DNA from: Bacteroidota bacterium
GTDB lineage: Bacteria; Bacteroidota; Bacteroidia; Chitinophagales; CAIODY01
Assembly: GCA_041165265.1 (NCBI GenBank)
Contig: JBEANU010000273.1
Coordinates: 1-37,282 of the forward strand
Reading direction: 5' to 3'
DNA length: 37,282 bases
Position numbers and translations under genes: made by a program. Position 1 is the stretch's first letter, and each line of letters starts with the position of its first letter. Below, piece after piece: positions 16,774 through 25,944 of the stretch. The notes beneath the pieces were generated by a model that was given only the letters and a program-made list of their open reading frames with translations, had not been told where the DNA came from and ran no database searches.

Positions 16774-18333
16774 TCATTCCTTCACAAATTTACCATTCAT
16801 CATATTGCCTTTTGTATCTGTTGCTTTTATGAAATAAATTCCGTTTGGTAGTGATGATACATCAAATTGAATTTGTTGAGTTGATGAGTTATTGATTTGT
16901 TGATTAGATGCTTCGTTCCTCAGTATGACACGACCTAACACATCCGTTACCTCAATTGCATTTACTAATGGCTGATGACTAATGACTATTGACTGCGAAG
17001 CAGGATTTGGATACACTACCAAAGCCTCAACTTCTTTGTTAGAATAATTCACCACTTCTTCCACTCCATCCCATTGCTGGCAGTTATATTGTAGGCAACC
17101 ATATTTATCTACTTTTAATAAATAACCATCAGCTGGATGCACCCATTTAGTGGTTTGTACAAAGCCATTGACCATATAACCACTATCGGGGCAAAGTGTA
17201 ATTTGAAATGGATATATATTTATAGAATCATCAATATAATATTGCCGCTTCCATTTTACATTGCCTGCACTGTCTATTTTAATAATAGTTGGTTCATTGT
17301 TAGTATAAATAGTATTATACGCTGATCGGGTTTTATTGGCTAATAATACAAACTGATTGCCTGCTATTTCAAAGCCATTTAACAGCCTTGTTTCATAAGT
17401 GGTATCAATGTATTTTTTTTGCCATTGCAAATTTCCATTTGCATCTATAAAATAAATGATACCGATGGTTTCAGAGAATACTTTAAATGGTGGGTTAAAA
17501 TCTTGGTAAAAACTATCTTGCTGCCCCAATAAATAAAAGCCATTTTTTCCTTTGATAATACCATTACCAAATTCATCTTGTATGGTAGTGCCATATTGTT
17601 TTCGCCATTTTATATTACCAGCACTATCCGTACAAGTAACAAATAAATTTTTCCCTGATGTTGGGTAGCCACTTAATGAAGTTTTAGGGTTAATAAATCC
17701 ATTAATAATATAATCGTGGTTAGCCGTTTCTATTACACCATTGCCATACGTATCTTTTCCAACTATTCCTAAATCCTTTTGCCAAATAATATTACCCATT
17801 GTATCCATTTTCAAGAGGCATTGATGGTTAATGTTCCAACCGTCAGATGCAACAGTTATCACGCCTGTAATTATTAAATTATTTTCATGATTGGCAATTA
17901 AATCGAATGAAACATCCCAAGAATTTGAGACTCCGACTATTTTTGTAAGTAGGGTATCTCCATTAGGTTTTGATTTGATAAATACAAATTGGGGATAGGA
18001 ATTCAGATTATCTGAATATTCTGAAACAGAATAAATATTACTGCTAATTTGAATAATTTTTAGCGGGCCATAAAAGGAACTTGTATCACGTATTGAAGGC
18101 TTATTAATAATTGTATCTCCATTTTTATCTAAAATTGTATTAATATATCCTGAACTTAAATTAGTAACATCATACATGTTTTGTCTGCAAAAAAAAACTG
18201 AATCGTTCAAATACACAGGATTTGAGATATAGTTTAGTTTTTTATTAAATTCAATAGTTTTTTCAAATCTGATTTGTTGTGCATTACAGAAATAGTTCAA
18301 AAAAAATAACAAAAGAAAAAAGTAATACCTCAT
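16774..18333 (-). CDS. secreted repeat protein with type A T9SS C-terminal sorting domain
   Basis: Signal peptide ending CNAQ. Recurrent GN(I/L/V)xW(Q/R)K motifs suggest a propeller-like fold. C-terminus reads VYPNPA...LPNGIYFIKATDTKGNMMNGKFVKE. Confidence 0.8.
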   Translation of the reverse strand: MRYYFFLLLFFLNYFCNAQQIRFEKTIEFNKKLNYISNPVYLNDSVFFCRQNMYDVTNLSSGYINTILDKNGDTIINKPSIRDTSSFYGPLKIIQISSNIYSVSEYSDNLNSYPQFVFIKSKPNGDTLLTKIVGVSNSWDVSFDLIANHENNLIITGVITVASDGWNINHQCLLKMDTMGNIIWQKDLGIVGKDTYGNGVIETANHDYIINGFINPKTSLSGYPTSGKNLFVTCTDSAGNIKWRKQYGTTIQDEFGNGIIKGKNGFYLLGQQDSFYQDFNPPFKVFSETIGIIYFIDANGNLQWQKKYIDTTYETRLLNGFEIAGNQFVLLANKTRSAYNTIYTNNEPTIIKIDSAGNVKWKRQYYIDDSINIYPFQITLCPDSGYMVNGFVQTTKWVHPADGYLLKVDKYGCLQYNCQQWDGVEEVVNYSNKEVEALVVYPNPASQSIVISHQPLVNAIEVTDVLGRVILRNEASNQQINNSSTQQIQFDVSSLPNGIYFIKATDTKGNMMNGKFVKE

Positions 18334-18363
18334 AATTGCATTATTTAATTATCACTTCGCCGA

Positions 18364-18383
18364 GGTGAGTGTCCTCACTCACC
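18364..18383 (-). terminator. GC-rich stem-loop downstream of the T9SS pseudogene (possible terminator)
   Basis: ggtgagtg-tcct-cactcacc. There is no clear U-tract on the minus strand, so this is tentative. Confidence 0.3.
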
Positions 18384-18450
18384 GCTTTATTGTTTAAAGT
18401 ATAGTACAACTTATTCGCAAAATTCATGGTATGAAATTAATGAAAATATT

Positions 18451-19451
18451 TTACTCTTTCACAAACTTCCCATTCATCATATTGCCTTTTGTATCTGTTG
18501 ATTTGATGAAGTATATTCCGTTTGGTAAAGTGGATACATCTAATTGAATTTGTTGAGTTGATGGGTTATTGATTTGTTGATTAGATGCTTCGTCCCTCAG
18601 CAAGACACGACCTAACACATCCGTTACCTCAATTGTATTTACTAATGGCTGATGACCAGTAACCGATAACTTCTCCCCACATGGGTTTGGGTAAACCTCC
18701 AACTTCCTTACTCCCACTTCCTCTACTCCATCATTTTCAACTAACTCAACATGCACATCATCTACATAAAAGTAACTATTTGAACCTTTGTTGTGTGCTA
18801 AATCAAAAAAATTACCAATAGTAAAATATCTATAAGCACTATCAGCTATAAATGTTCCTTCTACCTTTATCCAATTAAGGGTATCATCTATAACAGTAAC
18901 ATCATTTATTTTTGGTTTAATATTCTTAATTTGAAAAGTAATATTAGTTTGCCATGCATATACAGAATCATAGTAATGATAAGTAGTGAAACCTACCCCA
19001 AAGTTATTCATGGAATCAAAAAAAGGACCTTCCTTTACCACATAAAAATAACATTTATATTTTTTACCAATTTGTAAACTTGCACTTAATCTACCCTGTA
19101 TATATTCTCTGCCGCTTGTTGTGCCCCCCAAAGGAATGAACCCTGCAAAAGCATCCCCATCTTTAGCATATTGAAATCCCCCCCCCCTATAATTAAAGTG
19201 TTTATCGGTACACCAACCAAGCCTAAAGGCATACCAATTATACCTGATGATAGATTACTAGCACACTTATTATAGTAATCAGGGGTACCATATATTGGGG
19301 AATCCCAATATAAACATATACTGTCATTAATACCACCCGGAACTCCGCTACAAGTATCACGTAATGTTTCAAAGCTGGGGTTGAGTACCAAGTTTTGGCT
19401 ATATGCTTTGTTTAGGCTTAATAGCAACATTAATAAAATTATTTTTTTCAT
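18451..19451 (-). pseudogene. T9SS-sorted surface protein gene split by a frameshift at a G10 tract (phase-variable or pseudogene)
   Basis: The N-terminal part (MKKIILLMLLLSLNKAYSQNLVLNPSFE...VGVPINTLIIGGG) and the C-terminal part (FQYAKDGDAFAGFIPLGGTTSGREYIQGRL...type A CTD) lie in different frames that meet at the homopolymer. The span is 1001 nt. A tract of G11 or G8 would give a single ORF. Confidence 0.75.
19178..19187 (-). repeat. homopolymeric tract, C10 on plus strand and G10 on coding strand
   Basis: Read directly: ttgaaa-tcccccccccc-tataatt. Confidence 0.95.
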
Positions 19452-19601
19452 ATTGATGAATTTTAAAAACAAAGGGCAGCATACACTCTCTTGTTTTAAT
19501 TCAAAGGTAGGAACTCCAGTTTTCAATTCAGTGTAAAAAATATTTTTGTTTTATTTCCTACATATTTATACATTGCAGCAAATAATTTTAAAATCAACAC
19601 T

Positions 19602-19994
19602 ATGATATCTTCAACCACCAACGATGTAAGAGTAATTGTAGAAACATTTTATAAACCACAAAAGCCAACTCAACAACAGCCTACCACTGAACATATATTT
19701 GCTTATAGAATCACGATTGAAAACTACTCTGATTACTCGGTTCAGTTAATGCGCCGCCATTGGCAAATTTATGATAGTAATGGGCAATATCGTGAAGTGG
19801 AAGGCGAAGGAATTGTTGGCGAACAACCTGTTATACAGCCACATGAATTTCATCAATACACTTCATTTTGTAATCTGAAAAGCGATTTAGGAAAAATGAA
19901 AGGTGATTACACTATGGTACGTCATGCTGATGGAAAAATTTTCAAAGTAAATATTCCTGAATTTATGATGATGGCGCCTTTCAGAATGAATTAA
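19602..19994 (+). CDS. apaG: ApaG (DUF525) protein
   Basis: 130 aa. The sequence FAYRITIENYSDYSVQLMRRHWQIYDSNGQ...VEGEGIVGEQPVIQPHEFHQYTS matches the ApaG pattern. Confidence 0.85.
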   Translation: MISSTTNDVRVIVETFYKPQKPTQQQPTTEHIFAYRITIENYSDYSVQLMRRHWQIYDSNGQYREVEGEGIVGEQPVIQPHEFHQYTSFCNLKSDLGKMKGDYTMVRHADGKIFKVNIPEFMMMAPFRMN

Positions 19995-20446
19995 TATACA
20001 TTTTTACGAACTTTATTGGTATTAAATTTTGAGGCATAGGTTTTACCTACCACTGTAATTTTACAATCATTTTTTATATCCAACAATCGTTTGGGTTTAA
20101 TGCCATATTCATATAAAAAATAAAGCCCTGTACATGGCCAAAGCCCACAAACGGCGGTAGTTACACCAATAGCCAACATGGTATTTTTATTGTGTACTCG
20201 TATTTTTACAAAATCAATAGTATTTAAATGAATAGTTGTATCATCTACAGTAATCATTGAATCATTTTCAATATTTAATTTCCCATCAATCACCACTTTA
20301 TTTTTTAGATATACTACTATTTTATTGCCTTGTTTTATGGCAAATGATTTTTTATAATAATCAGAGCTAATAAGCAGTTGTGGCTGCGCTAATGCATACA
20401 TTGCTGAAATGCAAAGCATTAAAATGGTGAAATAAATACGTTTCAT
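19991..20446 (-). CDS. hypothetical exported/membrane protein
   Basis: 151 aa with a signal peptide ending ALAQ and an internal hydrophobic segment. Its stop overlaps the apaG stop (TTAA). Confidence 0.55.
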   Translation of the reverse strand: MKRIYFTILMLCISAMYALAQPQLLISSDYYKKSFAIKQGNKIVVYLKNKVVIDGKLNIENDSMITVDDTTIHLNTIDFVKIRVHNKNTMLAIGVTTAVCGLWPCTGLYFLYEYGIKPKRLLDIKNDCKITVVGKTYASKFNTNKVRKNVY

Positions 20447-20449
20447 TGT

Positions 20450-21361
20450 TTAGGTAGATTGATTAAAGTTTACTTCTTTTTCTAAAATAGTTAACAAGCC
20501 TTTTTGTCCGAGTTTTATAGCCATATTATTAAATTGATGCCCAACCGGAAAATTATAACAAACTGGGTAATCAAATTCGGCTACGTGTTCAGCAATAATT
20601 TCTTCAGCCGTTTTTCCGAATGGCACTTCATTATCTTTCATATCGGTAAAAGCGCCTACCATTAAGCCTGCCAAGTTATCTAATTTGCCACTGCGCTTTA
20701 ATTGCAACATCATTCTATCCACATGATATAATTGTTCATCAATATCTTCAATCAATAAAATTTTACCGCTTGTATCAATATCGCTTTGAGTGGATGCCAA
20801 TGAATAAATTAAGGATAAATTGCCGCCAATAATTTCTGACATGGCTGAGCCGCCTCGGTTTAATGGATGTGCTGAAAAATTATATTTTAATCGTTCGCCC
20901 ATTAAGCATTGCCTTAATGATTCAGCCGATGCCAACGTATCATCATTACTTTCTTGCAAATTTACAGGCATGATGGAGTGAATAGTTGGTATTGCACCAA
21001 GCGTATGAATGTGATTATGCAACACAGTAATATCACTAAAACCACAAATCCATTTAGGGTTTTTATTAAAATTTCTGAAATCAATATCATCAATAATACG
21101 GGTAGTGCCATAACCACCACGGGCGCACCAAATGGCTTTGATACTATTATCATCTAAGGCTTTCTGAAATTCAGTTAAGCGCAATTTGTCATTACCGGCG
21201 TATTGATTTTGCTCAGCATCAATTGTATTACCAAGCACCACTTCAAGCCCCCAGCTTTCAGCTAATGTAGCAGCAGCATCAATTTGGGCTGATGAAATTT
21301 TTCGGGCAGTTGAAATAATTGCAATTTTGTCATTCTTTTTTAAATACGGAGCTATAGGCAT
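20450..21361 (-). CDS. LD-carboxypeptidase (peptidase S66, LdcA/MccF-like)
   Basis: GFSDITVLH nucleophile motif and a family-typical N-terminus KIAIISTA. I prefer the ATG at 21361 (MPIAPYLKK) over the ORF-track start at 21388. Confidence 0.8.
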   Translation of the reverse strand: MPIAPYLKKNDKIAIISTARKISSAQIDAAATLAESWGLEVVLGNTIDAEQNQYAGNDKLRLTEFQKALDDNSIKAIWCARGGYGTTRIIDDIDFRNFNKNPKWICGFSDITVLHNHIHTLGAIPTIHSIMPVNLQESNDDTLASAESLRQCLMGERLKYNFSAHPLNRGGSAMSEIIGGNLSLIYSLASTQSDIDTSGKILLIEDIDEQLYHVDRMMLQLKRSGKLDNLAGLMVGAFTDMKDNEVPFGKTAEEIIAEHVAEFDYPVCYNFPVGHQFNNMAIKLGQKGLLTILEKEVNFNQST

Positions 21362-21433
21362 GGATATTGATTTTTGATGCAAAATCAAAAATTAATCTCT
21401 AACTTTCAACAAAATTCAAACAACTATTTTTTT

Positions 21434-22024
21434 ATGAGTAAATCAACAATCACATTAATTGTAATCGGGGCAGTAGTTTTATTACTTGGTTTTATGGGTT
21501 GCGGTGGCTACAATGGCATGGTAACTAAAGATCAGGAAGCAAAAAGTGCATGGGCAAAAGTGCAAAGCCAATATCAACGCCGTATGGATTTAATTCCGAA
21601 TTTGGTAAGCACCGTAAAAGGTTATGCTGAATTTGAAAAAAGTACATTAACGGCTGTAATTGAAGCAAGAGCAAGTGCTACAAAAATGACGGTAAATGCA
21701 GATGATTTAAGCCCTGAAAAAATCAAACAATTTCAAGCTTCGCAAGGTCAGTTATCAGCTGCATTAGGCAGATTGATGGTAGTATCTGAACAATATCCAA
21801 ACTTAAAAGCAAATGATCAATTCATTAGTTTGCAAGCTGAATTATCGGGTACTGAAAACCGAATTGCTGTGGCTCGTAATGATTTTAATGATGCTGTTCA
21901 ATCATTTAATTCAACTATAAAATCATTTCCGGCTGTACTGTTTAGCGGCTTATTTGGGTTTAAAGAAAAAGGTTATTTTGAAGCCGATGCGGCTGCTGAA
22001 AAAGCACCTTCTGTAAAATTTTAA
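21434..22024 (+). CDS. lemA: LemA family protein
   Basis: N-terminal TM segment, then QYQRRMDLIPNLV and ...ELSGTENRIAVARNDFN, which are typical LemA motifs. Internal ATG at 21434 preferred. Confidence 0.85.
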   Translation: MSKSTITLIVIGAVVLLLGFMGCGGYNGMVTKDQEAKSAWAKVQSQYQRRMDLIPNLVSTVKGYAEFEKSTLTAVIEARASATKMTVNADDLSPEKIKQFQASQGQLSAALGRLMVVSEQYPNLKANDQFISLQAELSGTENRIAVARNDFNDAVQSFNSTIKSFPAVLFSGLFGFKEKGYFEADAAAEKAPSVKF

Positions 22025-22043
22025 TGCAGCAATTATTGCCTGC

Positions 22044-22086
22044 AAAAAATGACCGTTGAATAAAAACTTCAACGGTCATTTTTTTT
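22044..22086. terminator. bidirectional rho-independent terminator between convergent genes
   Basis: aaaaaatgaccgttgaa-N7-ttcaacggtcatttttttt, with an A-tract and a T-tract flanking a 13-bp stem. Confidence 0.8.
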
Positions 22087-23122
22087 AATTTTCTTCATTG
22101 AAATAAATTTTATAAAACCGCCGTCCATCTTTTTCAACGCCTTGTTCAATCAAATCTCTATTGCCATGAATATAGATGTGGAAATTTTTATCCAATTTTA
22201 AAACACTTTTAAAAACACGAGCTTGTTTTTTTACTGCCTGATTTGAAATTTCAAATTTATTTTCAATTTCAATATCATTATTTTGCCGATAGCTGTTATC
22301 AAAATTTTGAAACGATTTAATAATATCATTATTCTGAAATACTTCGTTTTCAAAATCATCTTTATCAAACTCATCATGCGTTTTAAAATACTGAACTGAA
22401 CGGTTTAGCAAATCAATTTGATCCGCCTTGCTTACTTCAAACTCTTCAGCTAATTGTTGGGTAACATAATTTTTTGCAATGCCCAAAAATTGATTGGTTT
22501 GCAGGTAATCATTTTTAATAGGTTGTACGCTTAAAAAATCATCTTTAAAATACTGTGCATCAGCGCCACGGCTAGTATTATCGGTTATTAATATTTTATA
22601 TCCTGTATCACTTTGGGTATTAAATATCAAACATCCTTTATCAATTTTATGGGTAGCAACGCCCAAATCAGCATTTATTTTAAAACCATTTTTATTGGCT
22701 ATCACTTTTAAAAATGATTCCTTATTTTCAGTTTTAATAATACAAATGGCATCTGCTTTTTCATTTTCAAGCACACAATTTTTCAATAACAAAAAATATA
22801 CTTCGCCACTTTTTATTTTAGGATGATTTGATTTATCGTACAAATAATTTGTACAATTAATGGTTTGCTCAATAAAATTATCAGCATCATTAAATATTGA
22901 TTTCACAAACGTAAATACAGGATTTAATGCTAAGTTTGGTTCAAAGTAAAATTGAAAAAGTTCATCGGTTTTAAAATTAGCTTCAACCATCTGTTGCAAA
23001 ATGGTTTCAGTTGTTTCAAAATCACTTTCAATGCTTGATAAATTAACACCTTCTACATTATTTTTATTGCCTACAAAATGAATCATCAATTTGTTTAAAC
23101 TTCCTATTTGTAAATTGCTCAT
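22085..23122 (-). CDS. nucleoid-associated protein (NdpA/YejK-like, NA37 family)
   Basis: 345 aa. N-terminal LMIHFVGNK and mid-region CLIFNTQSDTGYKILITD resemble Bacteroidota NA37 homologues. From memory. Confidence 0.55.
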   Translation of the reverse strand: MSNLQIGSLNKLMIHFVGNKNNVEGVNLSSIESDFETTETILQQMVEANFKTDELFQFYFEPNLALNPVFTFVKSIFNDADNFIEQTINCTNYLYDKSNHPKIKSGEVYFLLLKNCVLENEKADAICIIKTENKESFLKVIANKNGFKINADLGVATHKIDKGCLIFNTQSDTGYKILITDNTSRGADAQYFKDDFLSVQPIKNDYLQTNQFLGIAKNYVTQQLAEEFEVSKADQIDLLNRSVQYFKTHDEFDKDDFENEVFQNNDIIKSFQNFDNSYRQNNDIEIENKFEISNQAVKKQARVFKSVLKLDKNFHIYIHGNRDLIEQGVEKDGRRFYKIYFNEEN

Positions 23123-23148
23123 TAATTAATTTTGTTTGATACTATTTA

Positions 23149-23769
23149 CTAGTTTTTTTTACTTTCATATTTCCAATTATGGCTTTTGTTTTCCGCCAGT
23201 TTTTCAATTGATTTTTCAATGCGGCTAAGCCTGGTTTTTTCTTGTTTGGCTTCTGTTATATATTCAACATATTCTTTTTTATGCGAATAGCTAAAATTTT
23301 CAAAAGCAATTTTTGCGAATTTATTTCTATCTAACGCATCTTTAAATTCGTTAGGAATTATTAATGGTGGATTGATTTTATTTCGAGCTGGTGCAGGTAA
23401 TTTTATTCCTTTTTCATTTAACTCAATGGCTTGTTTTAAATAATCCATCATTATTTTTTCAGATGGTAAATCTTTTAAAGAATATATTTTTCCAAAAATC
23501 CCCATTCCATCACGTTCGCCTTTTTCGATTAAACCATGTTTATCTTCTACCAATTTATATTTCCACAAATTAAATGAACAATGTGCTTTGAACGAAGCAA
23601 AACCACACAATAACCCTTTATATTCAAATACAGGAAACCCCCATTTTATAGTTTCAACAACATCAGGGCATGCCTTATGCACAATAGCCCTAAGTTGTTT
23701 TAAAATGGGTTGTGCAAATGGTTGTGCCCTTTTAATGTAATCATCAATTCTATTATCAATAGTTGGCAT
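23149..23769 (-). CDS. DUF1801 plus YdeI/OmpD-associated domain protein
   Basis: The N-terminal half reads IDDYIKRAQPFAQPILKQLRAIVHKACPDVVETIKWGFPVF (DUF1801-like). The C-terminal half reads FENFSYSHKKEYVEYITEAKQEKTRLSRIEKSI (YdeI-like). ATG at 23769 preferred. Confidence 0.65.
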   Translation of the reverse strand: MPTIDNRIDDYIKRAQPFAQPILKQLRAIVHKACPDVVETIKWGFPVFEYKGLLCGFASFKAHCSFNLWKYKLVEDKHGLIEKGERDGMGIFGKIYSLKDLPSEKIMMDYLKQAIELNEKGIKLPAPARNKINPPLIIPNEFKDALDRNKFAKIAFENFSYSHKKEYVEYITEAKQEKTRLSRIEKSIEKLAENKSHNWKYESKKN

Positions 23770-23841
23770 TGTAATTAAATGTTTAGTTTTGTTTATCAAA
23801 AATAAAATATTGCATCATTTTATTTCGTTAAAAATAAACAT

Positions 23842-25623
23842 TTGAAAACCTTAAAATTAATATTACTTTTTATTTGGCTACCAATAGTTGGTTTTGGTCA
23901 GGCTGCGGTTCATCTTAATTGTATTAAAACTTTATTAAATGGTGATGTGGAGTGTTATTGGAATGTGCCTTCAAACGCTTGCCCTGCAACTTGTTTTGTA
24001 TCGTATGATGTATATGTTTCAAGCACTGGCAAGGGTGGTGTATATACTTTGCTAACAAGCATTACTAATGCAGCGGCAACAAGCTGTACGCATATTGGTG
24101 CTAATGGCAATAACAATCAGAACTTATACTATTTTGTACAAACTATTTGTAATTGTGGTGCTGGCAATATTACTGTAAACAGCGATACAGCAGGCAATGC
24201 ATCATTGGCAATACCTATTATTAACTATATTACTGTTAATGGCAATTCAGTATTGATGAATTGGCAACCTAGCACATCATCACAAACTTATGCCTATCAA
24301 ATATATTATGTTGATAATAGCGGTTATCATGCATTAGATACGGTACAAGGATTATATAATGTTAATTATACAAGCACAGCCTATAATACAAATACACAAA
24401 GTGTTACATTTTCAATAGCTTCAATTGATAGCTGCGGCACTACAGGGCTGTTCAATAGCACCACACCACAACATACTTTGTTGCTTAATGCATCAGTTGA
24501 TAGATGCAATCAATCCGTAAATTTAAATTGGAATGCTTATATCAATTGGAGCAATGGTGTAAGTAAATATGATGTGTTTTTAAAATTAAATCACGATACA
24601 TTTAAAGTTATAAAAAGCCTTACACCATTAGTATTATCAACTATTTTAACCGGATTTAAAGATGGTGATACCTTGCAATTTTATATACAAGCATCTGAAC
24701 TGAGTTCAACATTTATTTCAACATCAAATGTGATAAAAATTGTGATGAACATTGTGCAACCACCTTTATTTGGTTTAATGCAAACGTGCACCGTTGATAG
24801 TAATAAAAATGTATTGTTGGAGTTTGTGTTAGATGCCGCCGCCGATATAAAAGCGTACAGCATTTATAGATGTACTGATAACATCAATTATAGTTTGTTG
24901 GCCACTATGCCCATCACACTACCGCTTACCAACAATGCAATTTTATATCGTGATAAAGAAGCTGATGTGCATCATCAATCCTACTATTATAAAATTTTTT
25001 CAGTAGATAGTTGTGGTGGGTTGCACAAAGGCAATCAATCAAATTCAGTATTACTAACAGGTAATTTAACGGCTTACAATACGGTTGAGCTAAATTGGAA
25101 CAACTTTGCTATTGATACAGGATTGATTGTACAATATACTATTTTACGAAGTGTAAATCAAGGCGCATCATTTACATATGTAGCCACTCTTTTACCTAAT
25201 CAACCAATGATTTATGGTGATGATATTCACCCCTTATATGCATCGCAGGATAGCATCATTTATAAAATTATGGTTGATTATACATTTAATCATGGTTTAT
25301 TGCGCCGCCGTAATACAAGCTTTTCAAATGATTTAGTGATTCATCCCAATTCTGAAATTTTTATACCCAATACTATTTTTCCTAAAGGAAAAAATAATGT
25401 GTTCAAACCTATCATTACATTTCCTGATATTTTAAATTATAACTTAATAATATTTAATAAAATTGGTGAAAAAATATTCATCAGCAATACTTATAATGAT
25501 GGTTGGGATGGCACCAAAGCAGGCACCGAAGTGCCTCAGGGAAATTATACTTACCAAATTACATTTGATAAACCCAATGGTGTAAAATTTGTAAAACAAG
25601 GTAATGTAGTTGTGGTGTATTAA
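23842..25623 (+). CDS. large secreted protein with type B T9SS (gliding-motility-associated, CHU_C-like) C-terminal domain
   Basis: TTG start and a signal peptide. Repeated Ig/Fn3-like segments (LNWN..., ELNWNNF). C-terminus reads IFIPNTIFPKGKNNVFKPI...DGWDGTKAGTEVPQGNYTYQI. Confidence 0.75.
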   Translation: MKTLKLILLFIWLPIVGFGQAAVHLNCIKTLLNGDVECYWNVPSNACPATCFVSYDVYVSSTGKGGVYTLLTSITNAAATSCTHIGANGNNNQNLYYFVQTICNCGAGNITVNSDTAGNASLAIPIINYITVNGNSVLMNWQPSTSSQTYAYQIYYVDNSGYHALDTVQGLYNVNYTSTAYNTNTQSVTFSIASIDSCGTTGLFNSTTPQHTLLLNASVDRCNQSVNLNWNAYINWSNGVSKYDVFLKLNHDTFKVIKSLTPLVLSTILTGFKDGDTLQFYIQASELSSTFISTSNVIKIVMNIVQPPLFGLMQTCTVDSNKNVLLEFVLDAAADIKAYSIYRCTDNINYSLLATMPITLPLTNNAILYRDKEADVHHQSYYYKIFSVDSCGGLHKGNQSNSVLLTGNLTAYNTVELNWNNFAIDTGLIVQYTILRSVNQGASFTYVATLLPNQPMIYGDDIHPLYASQDSIIYKIMVDYTFNHGLLRRRNTSFSNDLVIHPNSEIFIPNTIFPKGKNNVFKPIITFPDILNYNLIIFNKIGEKIFISNTYNDGWDGTKAGTEVPQGNYTYQITFDKPNGVKFVKQGNVVVVY

Positions 25624-25633
25624 AACATGACAC

Positions 25634-25677
25634 AAAAAAAGCCGATTCAAAAAATTGAATCGGCTTTTAATTTTTTA
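25634..25677. terminator. bidirectional rho-independent terminator
   Basis: aaaaaaagccgattcaa-N4-ttgaatcggcttttaatttttt, between convergent genes. Confidence 0.8.
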
Positions 25678-25687
25678 CTAACTAAAA

Positions 25688-25900
25688 TTATTTTTTTTCG
25701 TTAGATGGAGCTGCAGGCTTAGTTTCAGTTGAACCACCTTTTTTGCAGCAAGCTTTAGTAGCATCGCCACCTTTTTTGCAACAAGCACCACCTTTAACAC
25801 ATTCGTGTTTGCCTTTTGCTTCTTTATCGCAAGCAGTAGCTACTAAAGTTGAAGAAGCTAAGAATAATGCGAACGCTGATAATAACAATGTTTTTTTCAT
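25688..25900 (-). CDS. small secreted Cys/Lys/Gly-rich protein (possible lipoprotein)
   Basis: 70 aa. Signal peptide ending LVATAC. The mature part contains CDKEAKGKHEC and a duplicated ACCKKGG motif. Confidence 0.6.
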   Translation of the reverse strand: MKKTLLLSAFALFLASSTLVATACDKEAKGKHECVKGGACCKKGGDATKACCKKGGSTETKPAAPSNEKK

Positions 25901-25944
25901 GATAATAAAAATTTTGAATTGTAAACCTATTAAACAAAAATCAA

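Noticed and set aside
19452-19526. 25-codon N-terminal extension of the T9SS gene (MKTGVPTFELKQESVCCPLFLKFIN)
   Set aside because: The internal ATG at 19451 begins a canonical signal peptide (MKKIILLMLLLSL...AYSQ). The extension has no signal-like features.
21374-21433. ORF-track extended start for the LemA gene
   Set aside because: It overlaps the divergent LD-carboxypeptidase start. The ATG at 21434 begins the typical LemA TM helix.
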